The notes under the pieces are model-generated. The model worked only from the letters and a program-made list of their open reading frames with translations. It had not been told where the DNA came from and made no database searches. Positions 34,501 to 43,284 of a stretch of DNA of 47,498 nucleotides are shown piece after piece. Each line of letters starts with the position of its first letter. Positions within the stretch are counted from its first letter, which is position 1. The position numbers were made by a program, and so were the translations under genes. Source of the DNA: a virus. Lineage: Duplodnaviria > Caudoviricetes. The DNA lies in IMG/VR virus record IMGVR_UViG_3300037349_000242, positions 1-47,498 of that record; one strand, given 5' to 3'.

Positions 34501-36807
34501 CTCGACAATCTCGGGACGCCGGAGGACGTCAGCCGCGCCATCCGCGAAGCCGCCGTTGATCTTGCGCCGTACGATCTCGCCATCACCCGCGGCGTGGTGT
34601 CCGATGCCCAGGTGCTTGATCTCGCCGATGCGCTCGGCATGGACGCGGCGGAAATCACGAAGCGCAAAGTCGGGCAGGCGTTCAACGCCGAACAGATCGT
34701 TGCTGCCAGAAAGCTGCTGATCCAGTCCGCTACGTCAGTACGTGACGCAATGGCCAAAGCCGCCGACGGGACCGAAGCCGACATTCTGGCCTATGCCGAA
34801 GCCAAACAGCGGCATTTGATGATTCAGGAACAGGTCTCGGGAATTACCGCGGAAGCCGGGCGGGCGCTGCGGGCGTTTCGGTCACTGGAGGGATCGAAGG
34901 AAGCCGCGGTGGTGGGGGATTTCCTCCGCGCCGCGACCGGGAAGACGCTCTACCAGCTCCGTCAGGAAGCGCAGCTCGGACTTGCGCTCGAAACGCCGCA
35001 GCAGATTTCCAAGTTCATTCACGACAGCGCGAAGCCCGGCTTTGGCGACATGGTGCTCGAATACTGGATCAACGGACTGATCTCCGGTCCGGCGACGCAC
35101 ACCACGTATTCGGTCGGCAATGCGATCCTCGCATTATGGCGCGCCGGTCCCGAGACGGCGGCAGCGGCGCTAAGCAACAAGGTTTTCGAAACGCTCGGTC
35201 GCGAGGCAAGCGGGATCACGGCCGGCGAAGTCCCGGCGCAGCTTTACGGCCTGCTCAAAGGCACCCGCGACGGCATCGTCGCCGCATGGGAAGCCGCCAA
35301 GACCGGCCGCACTTCGATGCTGCCGGGCGAACTCGAGAACATGACGGCCAAGCAGGTTAACCAGTCGCTGCTGGTCAATCCGAAGACGGCGATTCCGAAT
35401 TTTACCGTGGCCGGCGTTCCGGTCCCGATCGGCACGCTGGCGCGAATTCCCTCCCGCGGCGTGGCCGTGATCCACAGCTTCTTCCGGATGCTCAATTACG
35501 AACGCGAAATGGCGGCGCTCGCTTACCGTCAGGCGGCGATGGAAGGGCTCGAAGGCGATGCCTTCCACCAGCGGATCGGCGAAGTCACGACCAATCCGAC
35601 CGAAGAACTGATGCAGCAGGCGCGGGCCTCCGCGACCGATCTGACACTGATGGGACATGGCGGCGAACTCACCCGGGCACTGTCCCGGATGACCAATGCC
35701 AAATTCCTCGGTTTCCAGTGGCTGAAGTTCATCGATCCGTTTGTGCACATTTCGTCCAACGTGATCGAGCAGGCGGTTTTGCAGCGGACGCCGGTAGGAA
35801 TTCTCGCCCCGGAAATCCGCGCCAATCTCACGGGGAAAAACGGAGCGGTCGCAAGGGACATGGCGATCGCCCGCATGGCAGCCGGCAGTGCGCTTGGCGT
35901 GGCTGTAGGTTCGCTCGCCGCGGAAGGGCTGGTGAATGGCTCCGGTCCGTCCGATCCGCATCAGGCGGCGCTCTATACGATGGTCAACGGCCCTCCGCAT
36001 TCGGTCCGGGTCGGCGATACCTGGTACGACATTCACCGGCTTGGTCCGCTCGGGATGGTGGTCGGGATTACGGCGGACCTTTACGAGCTCGGCCACAAGA
36101 TCGGCGAGGAAGACGCCGCCTCGATCGCACACTCGCTGGTGCATGCGTTTACGCAGAACATCCTCGACGAAAGTTTCATGCGGGGACCGTCGGATCTGAT
36201 CCGTGCCCTGACCGATCCGGACCGCTACGGCAAAAGCTGGGTGCGGAATTTCGTGGCGTCGTTCACGCCGTATTCCGTGGGTTTGAGCCAGGTAGCCCGT
36301 GCGATCGATCCATATTCGCGGCAGGCGCGGACCACGCTCGACGCAGTGCGGGCCAAAGTGCCGTGGCTTTCGGAAACCCTGCTGCCGCGACGCGACATTT
36401 TCGGCGAGCCGATCCCGAACAAGTCGGCGCTCGGCGTTCCAGGCCTGTCAGCGATCTACGAGCAGAAAGTCAATAACGATCCGGTTGCAAAGGCATTGCT
36501 CGATAACGGTATCTTTCCGGCGATGCCGCAACGCAAGATCCGGGGCATCGATTTGACCGACCAGCAGTACGACGACTTTACCCGGATCGCAGGACGGACC
36601 GCGAAGATGAGGCTCAACGCGATCGTCGGGATGCCGGGCTTCAAACAGATGCCGCAGGGCACCAAAGTCGAACTGATGCGAACCGCGATCGAAGGCGCCC
36701 GCGAAACCGCGCGCTCCCTGATCCTGATGCAGAACCCGGCGATCATCAAGCAGGCGACGGACGCGAAGATTCAAAAACTCCGCGGCGAAAAGCCGACCGT
36801 GCACTGA
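31558..36807 (+). CDS. Large polyvalent internal virion protein with ART-PolyVal-like and zincin (HExxH) domains
   Basis: FKEWFGDSKVVD..G.PLVVYHG, GFFFT, AY..LKNPL, DGVI and QIKSATGNRGTF at about 33118-33657; STFIHETGH (33751) followed by HEKFARGFE.Y..EG.AP. Confidence 0.85.
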   Translation: MPDTEPQDVDGLFPPHEQDVDTLFPPEVERQRYRAQQGASPIQDLIFGDTSVNPVARVLDAFGQGAKQGWGEGVGVSPETAEYLKKAGVFNDYQKGQSSIIKAANEVLMRAAAVALYRAPSALFAGGQAAVAQAGEEAGYPALGREIAAIPEAFPAFGAEHGNLRPLAEARSLGIIGQGEAGWKGTAQRLDERAEAIRPMVEEQMDHPLPGAPEQPTAAAAPVAAPEVVPAPGPDIHAVARQIAPDTFQEYDALAARKETFRRWIDDLRTTRDQDAQASAPHAAEIAELQTKLADEDTTPRLAKKYQARLEPLLEERDAWVAEKTAGDSRDMAKIRERLMETDYRMRDLAPDVSKAYREAQTRMPEVAAPEPGEAVAPAVAEAPRETAAAPVETPAAAAPEPQPVAAEVPKPEPVPEPAPAVAAAPEAKPAELPLPSVTAPSIMSDVTQKLVAAGRPAEEAEAAANLVGAYWEARAARFKGAKGTAQEMYAAQGPEIRAGKEKKAREPEFAQKGKTLEQSVETPAFKEWFGDSKVVDSKGRPLVVYHGMKGELEGAAFDPARIGETWRADDRGFFFTSDPKQASEYASGDTVGLSSTEPGAAVVPAYVALKNPLIIDDAFLRSEGMAPIGKTEDVISFWDNYQKLIHEWMDEKKSDGVILVDNSYRVNGEPARMIVATKSEQIKSATGNRGTFNPKSPNILEQEAKGRIRLRDDGRATISLLKNADASTFIHETGHEWLDRMLRDAKDEQAPEDLKADAATTLKWLGADSADDLKTRHHEKFARGFETYMMEGRAPSQALASVFAKFKAWLTTIYRTVAALKAPISDDIRGVFDRLLAEKPEPVVIAPERELPKAFDDAHEALAEAAPPEKAHEVANTIEGQRDSLAAQNLVERNDARLADTGAEAERRAPGGAEPPGDGNVGAVPGESGIHPEAGAVGEGGSEAAAQSDRAPQKPAEPVTPHDPIPRSETRLIDKAGNIRLDNLGTPEDVSRAIREAAVDLAPYDLAITRGVVSDAQVLDLADALGMDAAEITKRKVGQAFNAEQIVAARKLLIQSATSVRDAMAKAADGTEADILAYAEAKQRHLMIQEQVSGITAEAGRALRAFRSLEGSKEAAVVGDFLRAATGKTLYQLRQEAQLGLALETPQQISKFIHDSAKPGFGDMVLEYWINGLISGPATHTTYSVGNAILALWRAGPETAAAALSNKVFETLGREASGITAGEVPAQLYGLLKGTRDGIVAAWEAAKTGRTSMLPGELENMTAKQVNQSLLVNPKTAIPNFTVAGVPVPIGTLARIPSRGVAVIHSFFRMLNYEREMAALAYRQAAMEGLEGDAFHQRIGEVTTNPTEELMQQARASATDLTLMGHGGELTRALSRMTNAKFLGFQWLKFIDPFVHISSNVIEQAVLQRTPVGILAPEIRANLTGKNGAVARDMAIARMAAGSALGVAVGSLAAEGLVNGSGPSDPHQAALYTMVNGPPHSVRVGDTWYDIHRLGPLGMVVGITADLYELGHKIGEEDAASIAHSLVHAFTQNILDESFMRGPSDLIRALTDPDRYGKSWVRNFVASFTPYSVGLSQVARAIDPYSRQARTTLDAVRAKVPWLSETLLPRRDIFGEPIPNKSALGVPGLSAIYEQKVNNDPVAKALLDNGIFPAMPQRKIRGIDLTDQQYDDFTRIAGRTAKMRLNAIVGMPGFKQMPQGTKVELMRTAIEGARETARSLILMQNPAIIKQATDAKIQKLRGEKPTVH
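34244..34438 (+). CDS. Possible overprinted 64-aa helical protein in the +1 frame of the polyvalent gene
   Basis: ATG to TAA; heptad-like hydrophobic pattern; lies in a low-complexity linker of the host gene. No clear Shine-Dalgarno. Confidence 0.3.
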   Translation: MPDLQTLERKLKGVRQEVRNLQVMAMSEQSPEKAEFIRRLERSARAEVKLRLKAIEHHKSQQNP

Positions 36808-36965
36808 TGGCACCCGCACGTCCGCCGCGGCAGGCCGTCAAACCGGCGCGCCGCAAGCCCAACCCGCATCACGTCCACAAGACGCACGCGCCGTTCATTC
36901 CGCACACCAACGGCAAACTGCACGTCGCGAAGCATTTCCTGCAGCCGGTGAGACACAAACCATGA
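36807..36965 (+). CDS. 52-aa His/Lys/Arg/Pro-rich micro-protein (not in the ORF track)
   Basis: TGATG coupling at the 5' end and ATGA coupling at the 3' end; fills the intergenic gap exactly. Confidence 0.65.
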   Translation: MAPARPPRQAVKPARRKPNPHHVHKTHAPFIPHTNGKLHVAKHFLQPVRHKP

Positions 36966-37318
36966 GCAATGCCAATCTCTCGGCACTGGCGCTTGCCGAA
37001 CAGAATGTGATCGTCCCGCTGCTCAATCCCGGCACGCTGGGATTTTCGCTCAATAACGCCTCGACGCCAATCCTCACCGCCAACGCGCAGACCCAGCGTC
37101 TGACCTTCCACAATCCCGGAACGGTCGCGATCTATGTCTGCCAGTCGACCGACATGAACGGCAACGCACTGACTGCCGGACCGAATGCCGGCAACTGGAT
37201 CATCGAGCCTGCGGCGACGCTGACCTTCACCGGCAACGGCGTGGCCGGCGCGTGGCTTGCCGCGGCTGCGACGGGTTCGGGCAATCCGCTGACCGTGCTG
37301 CTCAGCCAGACGCTCTAA
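36962..37318 (+). CDS. Small beta-rich putative virion protein
   Basis: ILTAN....LTFHNPG...IYV...W.I.P...LT pattern; located before the fibre genes. Confidence 0.7.
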   Translation: MSNANLSALALAEQNVIVPLLNPGTLGFSLNNASTPILTANAQTQRLTFHNPGTVAIYVCQSTDMNGNALTAGPNAGNWIIEPAATLTFTGNGVAGAWLAAAATGSGNPLTVLLSQTL

Positions 37319-37345
37319 TAAGCAAAAACTTCCGGAGCTTTATTG

Positions 37346-39091
37346 ATGCGCAAGCTCGTCTTCGCGGGCGTGATCTTTGCTGCGCTGTTCGCCGTCATGG
37401 CCGCTGCCGTGGCGACGATCAACAGCGCCGTCAACAAAACCATTGCGCTCGGCAATGGCTCCACGACGCAGTTCACGTTCACGTTTGTCGGCGACCAGCC
37501 GGGCTACATTTCGGTGATCTACACCGACACCAGCGGCAACAACACCACGCTGACGCAGGGCAACGGTCCGACCCAATATCAGCTGTCGCTCAATGCCGCA
37601 GTGTCTCCGGGACTGTGGGGTATCGGCGGCACGGTCACCTACGATCCGAACGGTACGCCGATCGCATCCGGAACGACGCTGACCATCCTGCGGACCTTAC
37701 CCTTCGTGCAGAGCGTAAGCCTGCTCAATCTCGCGAGCCTGTCCGCGCTCGCGCAGTCCGCGGAAATGGGTCTGGACCAGCTGGAAATGCAGATCCAGCA
37801 GCTTGCGGAAAATCTCAACCGCATCGTCGCCGGTCCGGTCACTGATCCTTCGGGCCTCAATTACACGCTGCCTCCGGTTGCGCAGCGCGCCAACCAGGTG
37901 ATGGGCTTCGACAGTCTGGGCAACGTCATCGCCCAGTCGGTGGCGCCTTCGGGTTCGATTTCCTCCGCGATGCAGCCGGTCGTGAATGCCGCTTCGCTTG
38001 CGGCGGGACGCACGGCATTCGGTCTCGGCTCTGCCGCCACGCTCTCGCAGAACTGCGGACTCGGTAGTTTCAGCGGAGCGTCAAATCTCGACGTTAATTT
38101 CTCCGTCCAGCAAATCTCGACCAATCAGGCGATTGGCGCCGGGAACTGCAACCAGTTTTTCGTCGCCACCGGGCCGATCACGCTGACGGTCGTGCGCGCG
38201 AATACGCTGTGGAGCGGCTACGGCTTCTGGGTTTACGCGATCTCCGGCGTGGTCACGGTCGCGATCAATTCCAACGACAATTTCCTCGGGCAGTCGTCCG
38301 GCGTCTCGCTGGTGATTCCGCAGGGCACGTTCGCTTTCATCAACACCAACGCTGCGTCCTCGGGCACCTGGTACGAGACGCCTTCGCCGGCACCCCCGAA
38401 ATGGGCCACGTCCGGTCGGCCTTCATCCCCGATCGCCGGACAGTACGGCTACAACACGACGTTCAACGGCATCGACGTCTGGAACGGATCGCAGTGGTTC
38501 ACGCTCGGCGTGGTGCCGACGGTGTACTCGCTGAATTCCGGATCGGGCAACTACACTCCGACCGCGCCCAACGTGCTTTACGCCGAAGTTTGGATGTGTG
38601 CCGGCGGAGGCGGCGGCGGGGGTTCGGATGGCAACGGTTCCAACGGAACGCTCAGTTCGTTCGGAAGCTGGACCGCCAATCCCGGACTTCCGGGTGGCGG
38701 CGCGGAGGGCAACGGCGGCGTCGGCGGTACCGGGGGCACCAACGGTACCGGGACGCTGATCCAGCGCTTCAGCGGCAATCCCGGGCAGTCCGGTTTCGCG
38801 GTCACCAACACCGCTCTTGCCGCATTCGGGATGGATACGCTGGGCGGCCGGACCATGCTGGCACCATACGGCAACGGCGGCGACGGCGGGGGTGCAAAGA
38901 CGTCTTCGGGCAGCGGCACGGTAACGCTGCCCGGTGCCGGCGGAGGCGGCGAATGCGTCTGGTTCGAGGTGCAGAATCCCAATGCTTCGGCGCCGATCGC
39001 ATGGGCCGTGGGCTCGGGCGGCAATCCCGGCCCTGGTGGCGGCAGTTTCGGCTCTCCGGGCAGAACCATCATCAAGGAGCATTACAGCTGA
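37346..39091 (+). CDS. Tail fibre with gp17-like N-terminal tail-attachment domain and Gly-rich C-terminal domain, preceded by a signal peptide
   Basis: GNGSTTQFTFTF, GGTVTY, GTTLTILRTLPFVQ and LDQLEMQIQQL motifs; C-terminal AGGGGGGGS...GAGGGG...VGSGG; N-terminus MRKLVFAGVIFAALFAVMAAAVA; GGAG RBS. Confidence 0.85.
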   Translation: MRKLVFAGVIFAALFAVMAAAVATINSAVNKTIALGNGSTTQFTFTFVGDQPGYISVIYTDTSGNNTTLTQGNGPTQYQLSLNAAVSPGLWGIGGTVTYDPNGTPIASGTTLTILRTLPFVQSVSLLNLASLSALAQSAEMGLDQLEMQIQQLAENLNRIVAGPVTDPSGLNYTLPPVAQRANQVMGFDSLGNVIAQSVAPSGSISSAMQPVVNAASLAAGRTAFGLGSAATLSQNCGLGSFSGASNLDVNFSVQQISTNQAIGAGNCNQFFVATGPITLTVVRANTLWSGYGFWVYAISGVVTVAINSNDNFLGQSSGVSLVIPQGTFAFINTNAASSGTWYETPSPAPPKWATSGRPSSPIAGQYGYNTTFNGIDVWNGSQWFTLGVVPTVYSLNSGSGNYTPTAPNVLYAEVWMCAGGGGGGGSDGNGSNGTLSSFGSWTANPGLPGGGAEGNGGVGGTGGTNGTGTLIQRFSGNPGQSGFAVTNTALAAFGMDTLGGRTMLAPYGNGGDGGGAKTSSGSGTVTLPGAGGGGECVWFEVQNPNASAPIAWAVGSGGNPGPGGGSFGSPGRTIIKEHYS

Positions 39092-41148
39092 TGCGCCCAC
39101 TCCTTGCGCTGTTGCTGCTTGGCTTTCTGGCTTCGCCTGTTCTTGCGCAGGGCTGCGGCGACCAGAATCCAAACTGCATCGTTCCGACCGCACCTCCCGG
39201 AACAAACAACAATCAGGCCGCTTCGACGGCATTCGTGCAGACCGCCGTGGGAGGGGGAGGCTCCGGGTCCATCGCAATTGGAACGACGCCGGTCACCGGT
39301 GGCTCGCCGAACGGCGTCATCTATGATGCGAACGGTGTTGCGGGACTGATCGCTACGGTGGCGAGTGGCGTCATGGTGACGGATAACGCAGGAGCCCCGT
39401 CGTTTTCCATCAACCTCACGGTTTCCGGGGTTTTCAATGCCGCGAGCACATTCGAACTCGGCGGCAATGCCGTCTCACTCAGCGGTTCCACGTACAAGCT
39501 CGGCACCGTCAGCGGGGCGCTGACCAACGGCGACTGCCTGATCGCCAATAACGGCAACATCGTCGATTCCGGATCGTCCGGCTGCGGGTCTGGAAGCGCC
39601 AGCCCGGCGTATCAGATATTTGCCACACCGGGCGCGGTAACGACGCTCACGCTGACTGCCACGCCACTGCCGACCAATGGCGGCCTCGTGTCGATCGCGT
39701 TCGACGGCGTGGTGCAGGCGCGCAATACCTGGTCGATCAACGTCAGCACCAGCGTCATCACCTTTGACGCGGCCATTCCGTCCAACGTGCAGATCGTGGA
39801 AGTCGACTGGTGGGCGCCGAACACGCTCGCAGGCATCAGCTCGATCACGGCGGGTGCGGACGTCATTACCGGCGCCGCGATCCTTGCCGGGGGAGCCGGC
39901 ATTTCGGTGACGGGTTCGGGACAGACTGCGACTGTGACGAACAGCGGCGTTGTCGGGCTCACGACGCCGAACAGCACGCTGTCACTTTCCGGTTCGAGCG
40001 GATCGATTACCGAAGACATCAATCTGGCACATGCGAATGTCTGGTCGGCGTCGGTCGGTCTGACCAACACCACGCCGGTTTCGTTCCAGAACACGTCCGC
40101 CGCGACCGACGCGCAGATTTTTGAGGATTCGGGCAATAACCTCAATATGCGCGCGGGTGCGACCGGGCTGATCAACATTTTCAGCAACAGCGGCGGGACG
40201 CAGTATGCGGCGCTCGGTCTGACAAATACTTTTTTCACCAATGGCTATTTCGGGTCGGGTTCGCCGTGGGTTGACGTGAAATCCGGCACGAACGGCTGCG
40301 CTGCCGCGGTAGGGAACGGGAGCACCAACGACACGGCGGCGATCAACTGCCAGATTTTGTACATGTACAACAATGTCGGCGGCGGCGTGGTTTACTTCCC
40401 GCCGGGCACCTATGTCACGACGACAGGGATCACATCCAAGGGAACGGTGCGGCTGGTCGGCGCGGGGCGGCTTGTCAGCACGATCGACGGTCACCTTCAC
40501 AACGTTCCCACGCTCACCTTCGATAGCACGGTCGGCCGCGGTGCCGGCCTGGAGAATCTGGCCGTGTGGGGCCGCCAAAGCGCAGGCGCTACGGCTTCCG
40601 CCGTCGTCAGCCAGAGCGTCGTCGGACCTGATTTTGATCACTGTCTCATTATCTATGGTTACGCCGCACTCAATACGCAGAGCAACGACAGCCATATGTA
40701 CGACTGCTACGTCGAGGGCGAGACCTATTCAGTAGTCTCGACCGGTGCAAACTGGTACGTCAATTCAGCCTTCGACACCGGTTATATCAGCGGCGTCAGG
40801 ACGGCAGCCTACTTCCAGACGACTCCCGGCAATTGCGGCGGCGGAGTCTGCGAGAACCATTTTCTTCACAACGACTTTTCCGGACAATACAGCTACAGCG
40901 TCATAATCAATGACGGCACCGGCAGCAACGCAATCACGGTCTTTACCGGGACTGTCATGTCATCGCCGATTCTGATCCAGAACGCATACTGGACGGAGTT
41001 TCAGGGCGCAGAGTTTGGTGCTTCCGGCGGCCAGTTCGCAACCAACAGTCCCACGACCATCATCGGCGGCTATGGTCTCAACGGTACGCTCATTCTTTCC
41101 GGCAGCGGCACGCGCCAATGCTCCGCGAACTTCAACATTACCTGCTAG
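39091..41148 (+). CDS. Tailspike/depolymerase with pectate-lyase-like beta helix, preceded by a signal peptide
   Basis: PTAPPGTNNNQAASTAFVQ fibre motif; AVGNGSTNDTAAIN...GGVVYFPPGTY...RLVGAG; signal MRPLLALLLLGFLASPVLA|Q; TGATG coupling. Confidence 0.85.
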   Translation: MRPLLALLLLGFLASPVLAQGCGDQNPNCIVPTAPPGTNNNQAASTAFVQTAVGGGGSGSIAIGTTPVTGGSPNGVIYDANGVAGLIATVASGVMVTDNAGAPSFSINLTVSGVFNAASTFELGGNAVSLSGSTYKLGTVSGALTNGDCLIANNGNIVDSGSSGCGSGSASPAYQIFATPGAVTTLTLTATPLPTNGGLVSIAFDGVVQARNTWSINVSTSVITFDAAIPSNVQIVEVDWWAPNTLAGISSITAGADVITGAAILAGGAGISVTGSGQTATVTNSGVVGLTTPNSTLSLSGSSGSITEDINLAHANVWSASVGLTNTTPVSFQNTSAATDAQIFEDSGNNLNMRAGATGLINIFSNSGGTQYAALGLTNTFFTNGYFGSGSPWVDVKSGTNGCAAAVGNGSTNDTAAINCQILYMYNNVGGGVVYFPPGTYVTTTGITSKGTVRLVGAGRLVSTIDGHLHNVPTLTFDSTVGRGAGLENLAVWGRQSAGATASAVVSQSVVGPDFDHCLIIYGYAALNTQSNDSHMYDCYVEGETYSVVSTGANWYVNSAFDTGYISGVRTAAYFQTTPGNCGGGVCENHFLHNDFSGQYSYSVIINDGTGSNAITVFTGTVMSSPILIQNAYWTEFQGAEFGASGGQFATNSPTTIIGGYGLNGTLILSGSGTRQCSANFNITC

Positions 41149-41156
41149 GCACCCCG

Positions 41157-42956
41157 ATGAAAACACTGCTCTGCTTCATCGCCGCGCTTGGCTTAAGCGT
41201 TGCGCCCGCGCTCGCGACGCCTGTCACGACCCAGCCGAATGCCGTCGGCATGATCGTGTCGCCGTGTTCAAACAACGTGCCGCTGGTCGGCACCGGCTCC
41301 GGCAATCCGGAGGGCTGCTGGGGCACCGGCGCGCTGGGCACCGTGGCGGGTCTCAATCTCGGCATCAGCGTCGCCAATCCCGGCACCGGCAACGCCGAAT
41401 TTCTGCTGCCGGTCAAGACCAACACCGCGAGCGGATCGTCGTGCACCACATCGTGCACCTACAACAGTTCCGACCTGTTCCAGAAAACCCGCCGCTCCAA
41501 TTCCGGCACGGCGATGACCGATACTTTCCCGGCATCTTCGACAACCGGTCTCGCCAACGGCACCCGGATCGACATTGCCAATGTGGATGCGTCGGCGAAC
41601 GACACCATCACCGCCGGCTCGGGGACCACGATTAACGGCAATGCGACCTACGTGATTCCGGCCGGCCGCGACATCTGGTTCGTGTACGATCTCGCCAATA
41701 CGATGTGGCGGATCGATGCCAATACCGGCTCCGCGCTGCTGATGCCGACTCCGACGCGGGCGGGCGACATCGTGTACTGGAACGGCACCGCATGGGTCAG
41801 CGTCGCCGGCAATAATACGGGGACGCAGTTCCTGCAGGAAACCGCCTCCGGCGTGCCAAGCTGGAATACCGTATCCGGATCGGGCACGGTCACCAGCGCG
41901 ACGATCGCCGGCGGCAACGGCATCGGTGTCACAGGAACCTGCACGATTACGTCCACAGGCACCTGCACGGTCGCGCTCAGCCCGCCAGATTCCTCGACGT
42001 GGAACGCTTCCGGCATCGCAAACCTGGTCGCGCTCGGCATCGGCGAAGCGGTGCCTTCGGCCGGCAACATCAACATCAGCGGCAATTATCAGGTCGCGGG
42101 CACACAGATCGCCGCCAGCAATCTAGGCAACGGCACGACCGGCACCGGCGCCATCGTGCTGAAAACAAGCCCGACACTGCTGGGCACTGTGACGGAACCG
42201 GATTCCTCGACCTGGACCAGTTCGGGCATCGGCAGCCTTGTGGCGCTTGGCGTCGGAGAAGTCGTCCCGACCGGCGGCAACGTCAACATCAGCGGCGGCT
42301 ATCAGATCGCCGGCGCATCGGTGCTCAGCAGTACGACGCTTGGTTCCGGAATCACCGCGTCGTCGCTGACATCGGTGGGTGCCAACCTGACAGTGGGGAC
42401 GGCATCGGGCGCGAACATTCTTAACATCAACGGCGCCGCCTCGGGCGCGGGGTCCGGACCATATTTGAACTTCGAGGCCGGCGGCGTCCAGACGGGAGCG
42501 ATCGGGGGTTACAGTGCCATTATTGGCGGGGCCTATCACGCCGGCGTCACCATTTATTCGGCAGTGGCGATAAACCTCGTCGCGACCAGTCCGTCAACCG
42601 CATCGTGTTCATCGGGTCTGCAGACCAGCAGCACGGGGCAACTCTCCTGTATTTCGTCAACGCAGCGATACAAGAATTCGATAGAGGATCTGCCTGACGC
42701 GGATGCGCTTGCGACGGTGCTTCGGCTGCAGCCCGTCACCTACAGATTCAATGATGATGCGCCTGTTGCCGACGCAGGCGAGGAAGCGGTGGGCCTGACC
42801 GCCGAGCAAAGCTATAGCGTCGACACACGCCTTGCCGGCGTCGACAAGGACGGTCGCCCTCTCACCGTCCGCACCGACCGGATCGTCGGCGAACTGGTCG
42901 GCGCCATCCGCGCACTGCGCACCGAACTCGACAGCGTAAAGCGTCAAATCCGTTAA
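41157..42956 (+). CDS. Tail fibre with C-terminal intramolecular chaperone (peptidase S74-like), preceded by a signal peptide
   Basis: SSTQRYKNSIEDL...LRLQPVTYRF...GLTAEQ...LVGAIRAL coiled coil; signal MKTLLCFIAALGLSVAPALA|T. Confidence 0.85.
   Translation: MKTLLCFIAALGLSVAPALATPVTTQPNAVGMIVSPCSNNVPLVGTGSGNPEGCWGTGALGTVAGLNLGISVANPGTGNAEFLLPVKTNTASGSSCTTSCTYNSSDLFQKTRRSNSGTAMTDTFPASSTTGLANGTRIDIANVDASANDTITAGSGTTINGNATYVIPAGRDIWFVYDLANTMWRIDANTGSALLMPTPTRAGDIVYWNGTAWVSVAGNNTGTQFLQETASGVPSWNTVSGSGTVTSATIAGGNGIGVTGTCTITSTGTCTVALSPPDSSTWNASGIANLVALGIGEAVPSAGNINISGNYQVAGTQIAASNLGNGTTGTGAIVLKTSPTLLGTVTEPDSSTWTSSGIGSLVALGVGEVVPTGGNVNISGGYQIAGASVLSSTTLGSGITASSLTSVGANLTVGTASGANILNINGAASGAGSGPYLNFEAGGVQTGAIGGYSAIIGGAYHAGVTIYSAVAINLVATSPSTASCSSGLQTSSTGQLSCISSTQRYKNSIEDLPDADALATVLRLQPVTYRFNDDAPVADAGEEAVGLTAEQSYSVDTRLAGVDKDGRPLTVRTDRIVGELVGAIRALRTELDSVKRQIR
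41985..42323 (+). repeat. Two diverged copies of a unit of about 42 aa inside the S74 fibre, 213 nt apart
   Basis: PDSSTWNASGIANLVALGIGEAVPSAGNINISGNYQVAG versus PDSSTWTSSGIGSLVALGVGEVVPTGGNVNISGGYQIAG. Confidence 0.85.
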
Positions 42957-42982
42957 TCCTCCCAACAGCAACGGGGTATCCC

Positions 42983-43252
42983 ATGCGATCCGTGTTCGCC
43001 GTCGTCATTCTTTTGTCCGCCTCGTCATTCGCTTTCGCCCAGCAGCCAAAGCCTGATCAGGTCGATCAGCAGCGTCGCATGGGCGAGTCCCGCGAGATTC
43101 TGCTCAACAGCATCCGGCAGCTGGTAGACCAGAATTCGCAGCTGCAGGCCACACTGAAATTCGATCAGGACAAAATCGATGAACTGAAGCGGCAGAACGA
43201 AGCACTGGAAAAGAACGCCGCCGAAGCGCTAAAAGCCGCACTGGCGAAGTAG
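42983..43252 (+). CDS. Secreted coiled-coil protein
   Basis: Signal MRSVFAVVILLSASSFAFA|Q followed by heptad repeats. Confidence 0.8.
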   Translation: MRSVFAVVILLSASSFAFAQQPKPDQVDQQRRMGESREILLNSIRQLVDQNSQLQATLKFDQDKIDELKRQNEALEKNAAEALKAALAK

Positions 43253-43284
43253 TCAGCGTCCCCTTCAACAATTCAAAGAGGCTG

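Noticed and set aside
38209-39090. Arg-rich 5' extension of the 979-aa ORF
   Set aside because: It is an out-of-frame overlap with the fibre gene. The likely start is the coupled ATG at 39091, which has an AAGGAG RBS and begins a signal peptide.
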